NCBI RefSeq assembly: GCF_001194135.2
Contig: NC_068995.1
Location: 35,625,663-35,689,662 of the forward strand
Origin: Octopus bimaculoides
Taxonomy: Eukaryota
Length of the DNA: 64,000 nucleotides
Direction of reading: 5' to 3'
The first letter of the stretch is position 1; every line of letters starts with the position of its first letter. Of this stretch, positions 49,336 through 59,721 are shown in pieces. Made by a program: the position numbers and the translations under genes. A model generated the notes under the pieces. It saw only the letters and a list, made by a program, of their open reading frames with translations. It was not told the DNA's origin and did not search any database.

Positions 49336-49589
49336 ATACGTAATAGTTTTGTTCTGTTGAAGAAGTGCGGCCATCATGGTAACCTCTATTCATTAACGGG
49401 CGGAAATGTTGACCTGATCTAGCAACTTGGCACCGGGTTGACTGGATGTCTATATGATAGTTACCATACTATATATGCCTTTGGTAAACAAGTCTGATCT
49501 GAAGTGTCATTGTAGCTAAGTGACCGAGGTGTAGGTATCGTGTCCACCCCATATGTAGCATATTTTAACGTGTTTATTATGTTTTACTG

Positions 49590-50095
49590 TACAGTAAAGG
49601 CACACGGCACTAAATATCTTATGTTATATAATAACTGCGGTAAAATGCTCTGAGACATCACAGAACGTAAAATTACTGTCGAGTTAACGCTATAGTCGTA
49701 CTTATTGTAGCGAGGATAAATTGAAAAGCAAAAATGCAGCGAGGAGATGGAAACTTTAAGTTTCAAATATTTCTTTCATATGATTTTGTCCACCAAATAA
49801 AGACGACGTCTATGAATATGTTTCAGTCATAAGCAAATTCTATCAAATTTAACACGTTTTACTGTTAAGGCACAAGGCTCTCTGAAAATCTCATAACAGC
49901 TGTGGGAAATAGTTCTGGGACATTATCGAACGTAAAATTGTTATTTGATGTAGCGATGATAAATTTAAGCAAAAATGAGGTGAGGAGAAACTTTAACTTA
50001 TTGATATTTATGTCATATAATTTTGTTCACCAAGTACAGAAGACAATTATGAATATTCTTCAGTCTTAAGCCCTCTTCAGCAAAACATAATGTTG
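49590..50095 (+). repeat. Diverged ~250-bp tandem duplication
   Basis: gaacgtaaaatt..tgtagcga.gataaatt..aagcaaaaatg..tatgaatat...tcagtc.taagc recurs at ~49665-49835 and ~49928-50070. Confidence 0.7.
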
Positions 50096-50252
50096 TTAGT
50101 TCTTGCCAGAGAAGTAGTAAGAGTATTATTATACTGATGCACAATATTGCACATGGGTAGGTGTCGAAGATTATCATGATGACTGAGATGGATGCTATTT
50201 TAGTTTGCAGCCCACCGCAGTATCCGTAGTCTACACTAAAATGACCTGATCT

Positions 50253-50360
50253 GGGTTAAAATTAGGGTTAGGTTTAAAATTAGGATTTATGGTTATGGTT
50301 TGGACTTAAGGTTAAGATTAAGGATTAAGGTTAAAATTAGTGCTAAGGTTGGGGGTTAAA
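50253..50360 (+). repeat. Degenerate TTAGGG/TTAAGG-like tract
   Basis: gggttaaaattagggttaggtttaaaattagg..aaggttaagattaaggattaaggttaaaattag. Confidence 0.6.
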
Positions 50361-51184
50361 CTGCATGACAAAGTGTAAATGGTCAGATAGGTTACACTGT
50401 AATACGTAAATTAGTACCCTGAGATATCTGATTATCCAGGAATTCTATTTACACTGACATAACAGTTAAGTTAGATTCATCAAGAACTTAAGGTCCTAAG
50501 GATGTGCATTATAGTGCATTAATATAGCGTTTCTCTGATTATGAATTCAACCAGTACAGAGAAAGTTATGTTTCGCTGACTAGGATTGATAAGACTAAAA
50601 CATTACCAGTTGTCACTCGTACTTGCAAGGACTGTATTAGTATTAATCATTAACCTCATGTATTTTTGTTTGTTTTTCTTTCCTTTCCTTTCTTCTTAGC
50701 AAAGTACTGTTAAGTAATTCTTTACTCCTTGCATCTTGAAATATGACGGTGCTAACTTGACTCCCTACCTCATCTTACTGGTAGTAAAGAAAATATTAAA
50801 TAAAGTAAGGTGTTACCTTACTTAATATAGTAGTAGCAGTAGCGGTAGTCACAATTCTAGCAGCAGCGGCAGCACGAGGAGGTTTGAGGTCTCGAATCTT
50901 GTGACGTTTTACTGGTTAATAAAGAGTTTATTAAAAACAGTATTATTCGAGCCCTAATCACTTACAGTCTTTCAAGACATGAAATATTAGATATGGAAAG
51001 TAAAGGAGAACTAAAAGATATAGGTTAAATGAATTCAGCAGATCTTGTTTGGAACATTGCGCAGAAAACATGAAGCTGCACTCCAAAGAAAAATAGAAAC
51101 GAACAGCCATTGGCTAAAAACATTCACTATTCATAAAGCAAAGAATATCTTACACGGAAATGTGCCCTACATTATCTATATTTT

Positions 51185-51385
51185 AACTTTCATATTTTAC
51201 CTGTTTTAGTCATAAAACAGCAACCATGCTGGAGGGTTTGGTCAAACAAATCGATCCGAGTATTTAATATTCAAGCCACATATTTATATTGTAGGTCTGT
51301 TTTTGCCGAACCACTATCTTACAGAAACGTAAACAATCCAACGTTGGTTGCCTAGCGGCGGTGGATAGCAAACGCAAAGACAAAT
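51185..51385 (-). mobile_element. SINE family B tail
   Basis: acctgttttagtcat..ccatgctggag..aaacaaatcgatcc..ttttgccgaacc..aacgttggttg. Confidence 0.65.
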
Positions 51386-51461
51386 ATAAATACTTACATA
51401 CGTGTGTGTATATGTATAACTTACTTGGAAATGGATGCGTGGAGTTCAATCATATAACAAT

Positions 51462-51502
<41 letters not shown>

Positions 51503-52337
51503 NNNNNNNNNNNNNNNNNNNNNNNNNNNNNNNNNNNNNNNNNNNNNNNNNNNNNNNNNNNNNNNNNNNNNNNNNNNNNNNNNNNNNNNNNNNNNNNNNN
51601 NNNNNNNNNNNAATCTGCTTCTCCAACATACTGAGAATTCAGAAATAGCAGCCAAAGAACTACTGATTCCAAAACTACAAATTATTACTCTAAATTGATA
51701 GCGATATTTTTGATACACACAGAACAAAAAACAGTAGAGAAGAGTAAAAAAACCACCTGCCTTTAGTTAATTTAGTACGATCGTTTCACAGTTAAGAGTA
51801 AAGAATACTCTATTCTGATCTTCAGCTAAATATTCTAATAAATTTGTTAATGTCTAAATAACTCACGTTAATTTTGACCATGCGACATCAATACCACGTG
51901 AGGAAGACGTTAAGAAATTTATCGGCCAGTGAGTTCAAAATCTCTCACCCCAATGAATTCAATTCAGTGTTCATCATAAATAGTCCCGTATAGAAAAGAG
52001 ACCCGTACGAACTTCTTGCGGTTTAACTATTCACCTTAGAGGTATTATTAAAATATAGATATGCAGGGCAGGGAATCGTCAATTAGTAATAAAATTAATA
52101 ATTAACAATTTTGCCGGGTAGCTCAGTATGAAAAAACCTTTTCGGTAAAATCATTTATAATCATAAATATACTCAGTATGTTGGAGAAGCAGGTTACTGT
52201 CAATCCCTATATATTTATGATTATATATATATATATATATATATTGTTTACGTTTGTCGTAATTTGAATTTAACATATGATAGCGTCTCATAAAGCGAGA
52301 TTTCTATACCTCTTAAATTTGCAGTGGAATCTGTATT

Positions 52338-52416
52338 GGTGGAGTTTAGCTTAATCGGTCAGGGCATCGTAACGCGTAATCACGGAGATGTGAGTTCGCG
52401 TCCACAGCTAACCACC
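52338..52416 (+). pseudogene. tRNA-like sequence (tRNA pseudogene or rare SINE head) with downstream T6
   Basis: A box tagcttaatcgg, B-box-like gagttcgcgtcc, ggtgg/ccacc acceptor pairing, imperfect anticodon arm (nominal CGT), and TTTTTT at 52422-52427. Confidence 0.45.
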
Positions 52417-52602
52417 TATAATTTTTTCTGCAAAATAAGGGTAGTTTATCCTGTTCAGGCTATATTATTAGCATTATCCTGCGATTGAGAATTTTAAAAT
52501 CACTTCTTTAACTTTGTAAGACATCTCAACGCTTCTCAAAAAGCAAACTTCGTTTGTTTGTTTACGTTTGTCGTAATTTGAATTTATTATTATTATTATA
52601 TC

Positions 52603-53518
52603 CAGGGCGGCGAATTTGCGAGATCGTTAGATTGTCGCAAAAAACTGCCGTGTGGTATTTGTTCCGGTTCTTAAACGTCAGGGTTCAAATCCTGTTGTCC
52701 TCAACTTCACCTTTCATTCTTTCACAGTGAATAAAATGAAATACCAGTCGTGTACTAGGGTCCATGTAATTCCCCACTCCCCATAAAAATTACTGGCTTT
52801 ATGCCAAAATTAGAAACAACTATTATTACTATTATTATAATTGACTCAAGCGGGCGCCGGTTGGCTGAGGCGTTATAGTGTCGAAAAAATACACTGCTCT
52901 ATTCCATCAAGCTCTTCAAAACATTCTGGTTTCAAATCTTGCCAGGTCAAGTTTTTCTTTTCGGGTTGATGAAAAATAAAATTACCAGTCAATTGATGGG
53001 ATCAAGGTAACCCCACCCCCATCAAAATTGTTCGTCTCGTGCCTAAAGTAGGAAAGATAATTATCTCTTTGCAAGGGTGGTAGATGCGCAAAGTCATTTA
53101 GAGTATTTTCTCCGGCTCTTTACGTTTTGTGGTCAAATCACGACAAAGTAAATCTGACCTTTCACCTCTCCATGTTTAATAGTATAAAGTAATTCCAGTC
53201 AAGATTTAAGCCATCCGTCTACTACAACCCATAAAAATTCAGGGCATGTGCCTAAGGTAGAAATGATTATTATGTTTTTATGAAAACAATACAACTTTCG
53301 ATTTTGAAATTAATGCGCAGAGTTGGCAGAATTGTTAGCACACCGGACAAAATGCTTAGCTGTATTTCGTCCGTCTTTACGTTCTGATTTCAAATGTCAC
53401 TGATCGACTTTGCCTTTCATCCTTTCGGAATCAATAAAATAAATGCTAGTGGAGCACTGGTCGTTGTAATCGTGTTACCTCTCCTCCAAATTGCTGGCCT
53501 TTTGCCAAAATTTGAAAC
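52603..53518 (+). mobile_element. Train of four same-orientation SINE family A copies
   Basis: Approximately 52603-52818, 52850-53055, 53070-53270 and 53320-53518. The first three are heavily diverged; the last is younger. Confidence 0.7.
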
Positions 53519-54158
53519 TAATATATAGTTGAAATTCGTATCATTATTTGAGGTTATATACTGACTCAATTTATGAAAGTCTGTACAATAATTTGTTTAT
53601 CTAACGTATGGTAATTAGTGAGAAGAAGCATTTCAAAGCCTAATTGTAATATGCGTTTTTATTCTCGAATAAGTTCTTTTTTCTTGGTGTGATTGTTATT
53701 ATTGGATTTCCATACAAATATCTAAATATGAGGTTAGATTGAGTTAAGCTAACAGAAAAAGCACCAAAGGAAAGGGAACGCTGCAACTGTGTTGCTTTAG
53801 GAGCTTGATCGTGAAAGGGCAATTTATTATTGTGCTTGTCAGTAAGTGACATCCTATAATTATTTTAATTGCATGCGAGAAACAGGGGTCACCATCTTGT
53901 ACGTAAACGACCAGAAAATAAGAATTTGTAAGACGTACGTAATAAATCATAACATATTTATTACTGGATGTAATGCGTTAATATATAAGGTTAATTGAAG
54001 GAAAAGCTTGTAAGATCACATGAACATATTTTGCAGCCACATGTCTCAAAGCAAATAAGGCGAACATCCGCGCGTGCGAGTGTATATTCGAGTGGCGTGA
54101 CTCAGTGCATGTCTAGGAAACGACAGGCAAAAGTGGCGCGAAATTAGAAATGTGTTCC

Positions 54159-54232
54159 ATTATATAAGGGATGAACTGGAAGTCCCTGACTTTAATTGGA
54201 AGCTTCTAGAATGTTCGAGAATTTTCGAGAAG
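54159..54232. promoter_or_regulatory. TATA box plus array of seven contiguous heat-shock-element pentamers
   Basis: attatataa at 54159-54167; gGAAgcTTCtaGAAtgTTCgaGAAttTTCgaGAAg at 54198-54232. Confidence 0.7.
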
Positions 54233-56003
54233 ATCAAGGGAGATTATTCTCGTTAGATCCATTTTCCGTTTTGCTTTCCTGCTTGACCGCCAATGTAGTG
54301 TTTGATGTAACGTTCAATGTAGCACTTCACGTAGTGTTTGGTGTGGTGCTTGATACAGTGTGATAGATCTCATTGGTTGTAAATATTTGATATTACTAAA
54401 TCAATTGCAAATCCTGATCAAACTGGTACTTATATCAACTTAATCTGATCCAGTTATGTAACTGGTAACTTTACTAGGTTAGTAAATAGACGGTTTTATG
54501 TTTGTGTTTGTGAGTGTGAGAGAGGGGCTGTTGAGTATGTACGTGCACACGTATGAACATATGTACGCGTGTGTTCATAAATATAATACAGGAAGGGATA
54601 TATTAGCTGATACATAAATAAATAGAGAGCTCGATGAAAAGGCATGCAAGCAGACGGACAGACACACAGTCATGTGACTAGAGGGATGGTTGGTATGTGG
54701 ATTAGGAAGACAGACAAGTAAACAAATATAAATAACCATTTCATATAATTACAGTCATTAACCAAGAAACAGTCAAGCAGAGAGTCAGAAATGTTAGTAC
54801 CGGAAGTAATAAAGTAATAGACAAATGAACAAATATACTGAAGTGTTTATTTCAACTAATTACTCAGAATATGTTACGTCAGGCTGAGGAACTGAATGAG
54901 GATAAAATATGATGATGTCACAAAGAAAACCAATCAAAATTTCTACAAGAGCAGTGTACTATATACTGATCTACAATTCTCTACATTTTAAGCGTGAGAA
55001 TTAGCATCATCGTCATTCTTCTTTGCTTCAGTCGATCATTGCACCAACGACCACTTATGGAAGATTTTGTTTTTGTGATACAAAAATCAATACATAGCGA
55101 TGACAAAATAACAACTAGTTTGACTGTGTAACATGGTTTTTGTCTTTGGGTAGCAAATGTTATTTCCTATTTGCTTCCCCCTAGAAAGTATGAAAAATGG
55201 CCAATTAATATTCCTTTCAAACTTTGCTTTGTTACATTTATTCAAACCCCAAAGAATCCCTCTCAACACATGGCTGTGATGCTCCCACCACCATCACCGC
55301 CACACTACTCCTGCTCATGATCAGAGGTGCACATATTGTTAGTCATTAAAGGCATGCTCAAGTGGTTATGGTCAAGTAACTGACAAGCAAATCAATGTTA
55401 TTGAGCAGAATATTTGCAACAACGATATTTCTGCTTTAGCAACTCAGCGCTGGATCTGTCTCAAATGTAATGGAAAATAGGTAAGTTTCAAAACATTGAT
55501 GTTCAGGTCACAAAGGCAGAGAGCTTGAAGGGAATAGTTGTTATTGATTTCTAGATAGATGCAAATAGAAAATAACATTTATTCATCAAAGACCAAAACA
55601 AATTTGTTACAGTGTTATATATCACTGAAAGTCCAAGATACAGAACTTCACGTCACCAAAGACATATATTTGTGGATTCCCAATAACAAGTGAACTGACT
55701 TCAAACATTTCTAATACTTGACTTTCCACATGAGTTAATGTCAATCACCTCTAACGAACAATTAAAAAATATATTTACCCGTTTCTTATGCTTAATTAGA
55801 TAAATATTTAACGATTTTATGTGTGTTATTTGGCAAAATGAGAGATTCATTTTACCAAGATAACTAGAAAGCTTCCAATTACATATACGAGTTACATTCC
55901 AGAAGATTTGAAACTTTCTTTTGAGAGAGGCTGTTATAAGAATCCTAGATTATTGTAATTTTAGTATATCATTATTCTACATCTAATAAGCTGACTCGCC
56001 AAA

Positions 56004-57225
56004 TGTTGTTATTCCAGATTGAAGGAGATGACTGTAACAACACTTTGAGCATACCTTACTAAACATTGCTTGTCACAGCTGTCTAGTTTGCAGAATGCAG
56101 TCGGGCCGTAAGGACAATTTGGAAGCTCGCTGTGCATTTAAGTTTTGTGTTGTTATTCCAGATTGAAGGAGTTGGCTGTAACAACACTTTGAGCACACCT
56201 TACTAAACATTGCTTGTCACAGCTGACTAGTTTGCAGAATGCAATCGGGCCGTGAAGACAATTTGGAAGATCGCTCTGCAATTAAGTTTCGTGTTAAACT
56301 GGGTAAAAAACACTTCAGAAGCTTATGAAATGCTTCCAAAATGTTTATGGATTAACTTGTATGAGTCGAGCATCTGTTTTTTGCTAGCACATTAGAATAT
56401 CAGAGCTGCTTGAGAAAATTGGCCATTTTCAAGATGGAAACCGTTATGTGTCTATAGAGACAAATATGCATACAGTTTGGAGTTGGTGTGACAAACAACT
56501 GTGCACAGAATTATTCATGAAAATCTGAACACACGCAAACTTTGTATTAAGTTTATTCTCGTGATACTCAGAGGCAAACAAAAAGAAAGACGCATTGGTG
56601 ACAGCAAGGAGATGGTTGAACTCATCATCTCCAATTCAAGAGCATTTGAGTCTCTGATGTCCTATGACAAAAGATGAATCTACTGTTATAATCCAGAGAC
56701 CAAGATAGAGAGTACCCGATAGAAGCATGCTGGTCCCCCCAGATCCGAGAAGGCCAGGCAAAGCAAGTCCTCTGGGAAGCTCATGAGGATTCCCTTTTTT
56801 TAGATCAAGGGTATCATCTACATACCCTGGGTTCTGTCTGACCAGACGATCAACGGAGAGTACTTTGTGGAACTTTTGAAGGCGTTCAGGAAGTGATTTC
56901 GTTCAAAAGGTTGGAGCTATTCCATTCGGATGGGGGGCACCTACGCCATAGCAACGTGTCAGTCCACGATTCCATCCTGTTAACCAACTACTTAACAGAG
57001 GTGGGCAACAAAATTGCCACTCACCACCCCTACAGTCCAAACTTTTCTCCCTGTGATTTTAGTTACTTGTCAAGCTGAAGGAAAACCTCAGAAAGAGTCG
57101 TTTTGAAGTTAAAGAATGTTGTGATAAGGATCCTATACACCCTCACTTTGGAAAACACCCATGGAGCTTTCACAAAGTAGCTGGGGCGCTACATGTGCAT
57201 TGAAATCAGAGGAGCCTACTTTAAT
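56004..57225 (+). pseudogene. Mariner relic with 144-bp tandem duplication of the 5-prime UTR/start region
   Basis: MQSGR.DNLE.R.AIKF.VKLGK, RKLCIKF, KARQSKSSGKL and HHPYSPNFSPCDF; duplicated units at 56004-56147 and 56148-56291. Confidence 0.85.
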
Positions 57226-57231
57226 ATCTTT

Positions 57232-57405
57232 TATCTTTTACTTGTTTCAATCATCTGACTGCGATCATGCTGTAGCACCACCATGGTAGGCTTTAGTCGA
57301 ACGAATCGACTCAGCACTTTTTTCTAAACCTGCTACTTTATCTATTGGTTCCTTTACCGAAGCTCTACATTATGGAGACATAGCGAAGCCAACGTCAGTT
57401 GTCGA
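57232..57405 (-). mobile_element. SINE family B tail, running into (GATA)n at 57417-57495
   Basis: tcttttacttgtttcaatcat.tgactgcga.catgctg..ctttagtcgaacgaatcgac. Confidence 0.7.
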
Positions 57406-57430
57406 CACATGTATGGATAGATAGATGGAC

Positions 57431-57487
<57 letters not shown>

Positions 57488-58064
57488 GATAGATTCTTTA
57501 ATAGTGTCTTACAAATATCCAAACACGAATACGTACGCTTATTTTAATAATTGTAGCAATTCTCACAATGAGACAACTGCACATACATTTTCATATTTGA
57601 AGAAATGTTTTCTTTTTTTTTTCTTTCATAGAAATAAAACAGAAACACTGAAGAGTTTCGCCATACTTTACATAAAAGGAAGGAGCTTCAAAACAACCAA
57701 AATCAAATTCTGTGAAAAGTCATTTATAAACCTTTATAATTTCATCCCTCTTAAGATTTCTATTCTTAAGTAGTATCTACTTCATCTCAAAGTCTATTTT
57801 GGGATCTTGAAAAACATAGTTATGAAACGTTCACCCCGTCAAGTACACGTCATCACATTGTGGGAAATATCTGCTGTGACTTAATACAGAAATATAAAGT
57901 TTTAGTAAATTACCGATGGAAGCAAAATGTATAACATTGCATCGAAAAAAAAAAGCTAAGGTATAAAAAGAAGTAGAAAATGCTGAAAAACGAAATACAA
58001 TTTGGGGAGAAATAGTAATGAGTTAGGATAGTGTGGATTACTTCACAGACAGCATAATAAGCGT

Positions 58065-58625
58065 TTCTATTACAGGCACAGAGATTGAAATCTGAGGCAT
58101 TGGGCTAGTCGATAACATTGAACCCAGTGCTCACTTGATACTTATTTTATCGACATCAAAAGATGCTATCTCGCCACCATCACAGATAGCGTAATAGTCG
58201 TTTCAAATTTTGGCACAAGGCCAGTTCATGGGAGGTAGTAAATCGATTACATCGGCCCCAGTGTTCAGCTGGTACTTATTTTATCGACAACAAACGGCTG
58301 AAATGCTAAGTCGACCTCAGCGAATTTGAAATCAGAATATAAAGAACATTAAAAAACAAGCAGAACAAACGCCGCTAAGCATTTTGTCCAACATGCTAAC
58401 GACTCTGCCAGCTCACCAACAACAAATTTAGACACAAAGCCAGTGATTTCCATGTAGATAGAGATTACATTGACCCCAGTACTCTGCAGATGCTTATTTT
58501 ATCGCCCCGCAAAACTAAAAAGCTAAGCCGACATCGGAGAATTTGAACTCAGAACGTAAAGAGTCAGAAGAAACGCCGCTATGCCTTTTTGTCTAGCATC
58601 CTAACGATTGTACCAGCTCGCCACT
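58065..58625 (-). mobile_element. Three same-orientation SINE family A copies
   Basis: Approximately 58065-58170 (deleted), 58197-58418 and 58425-58625. Confidence 0.75.
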
Positions 58626-58734
58626 ATCGCAGATAACGTGATAATACCACTAATTGATACGAGTGTATACGTCTCCTATTGGCTTGAACTTCACCGTAGT
58701 GTTAATTGTAAAGTGCTTAAATATGCAACAAATG

Positions 58735-59025
58735 GATGTCTGTCGGTTTCGACGATGGGTATTCAGATGTTTGGTCACCTGGATTACCTGCCCAAGTAGT
58801 TGAGTATTCCATGATATGTGCACTCCTAACATAATTCTTAGGCTGAATCAGCGTTAAAGTCTGTGACAATATGCGGCATTGCTGGGCCTTTAAATCACAA
58901 GTATTCTCCGTCCGACGGACTTCCACGAGGATTCCACCTACGACGTTTCACTCACAAAGGTTGGGTCGACCCAAGACCTCGTGTTCTGTTTGCGAAACGA
59001 ACTTCTTAAGCATTCGGCTATAACG
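58735..59025 (-). mobile_element. Old chimeric SINE: family B-like head/middle with C/D-like tail
   Basis: Reverse complement has gtcttgggtcgacccaacctttgtgagtg (B-like) and ttgtcaca..acgctga..cctaagaattatgttagg..ggaatactcaactactt..catcgtcgaaaccgac (C/D tail-like). Confidence 0.55.
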
Positions 59026-59032
59026 ACGCACG

Positions 59033-59079
<47 letters not shown>

Positions 59080-59219
59080 ATACACACACTCACACACACA
59101 TTTATATATAGAGAGAGATAAATATATATATATATATTATATATACCCAGCTTCCCGGAAGACCTGCTTTGCCTGTCCTTCATGGATCTGGGAGAACCAG
59201 CATGCTTCCATCGTGTACT

Positions 59220-59650
59220 CTGTATCTTTTTCTTGTTTCAGTTTTTTTACTGCGGCCATGCTTGGGCATCGCTTTGGGGGGATTCAGTCGAACAAATCAT
59301 CCCCAGGACTTATTTCTTTAAGCCTAGTATTTCTTCTACCGAACCTTTTTGTCGAACCGCTAAGCTACGAGGACGTAGACGCAGCAACATCGGTTGTCAA
59401 GCGGTGGTAGGGGATAAGCAGACACACATAGATATATAAATGTGTGTGTGTGTGTGAGTGTGTGTGTGTGTGCACGTGCGCGTGTGTGCATGTATGTGTA
59501 TGAATGTATGTATGTATACGTCGGGATTCTTTTAGTTTCCGTATCCCAAATCCGATCAATCCGAGGCTATACTAGCATATAGTCACCCAAGATGCCACGC
59601 AGTGGGACTGAACCCAGAACCATGTGATCTGCAAGCAAGTTTCTTACCAC
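59220..59650 (-). mobile_element. SINE family B, near full length
   Basis: B tail, internal TG tract and B head (gtgggactgaacccagaaccatgtg..ttcttaccacac). Confidence 0.85.
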
Positions 59651-59721
59651 ACACACACACACTCGCTCGCGCGCGCATACACACATTTATTCATACATAC
59701 ATACATACATACATACATACA

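Noticed and set aside
55060-55430. Probable interspersed repeat recalled from octopus DNA
   Set aside because: Single copy in this window with no termini or coding motif I can show, so it cannot be supported from the sequence.
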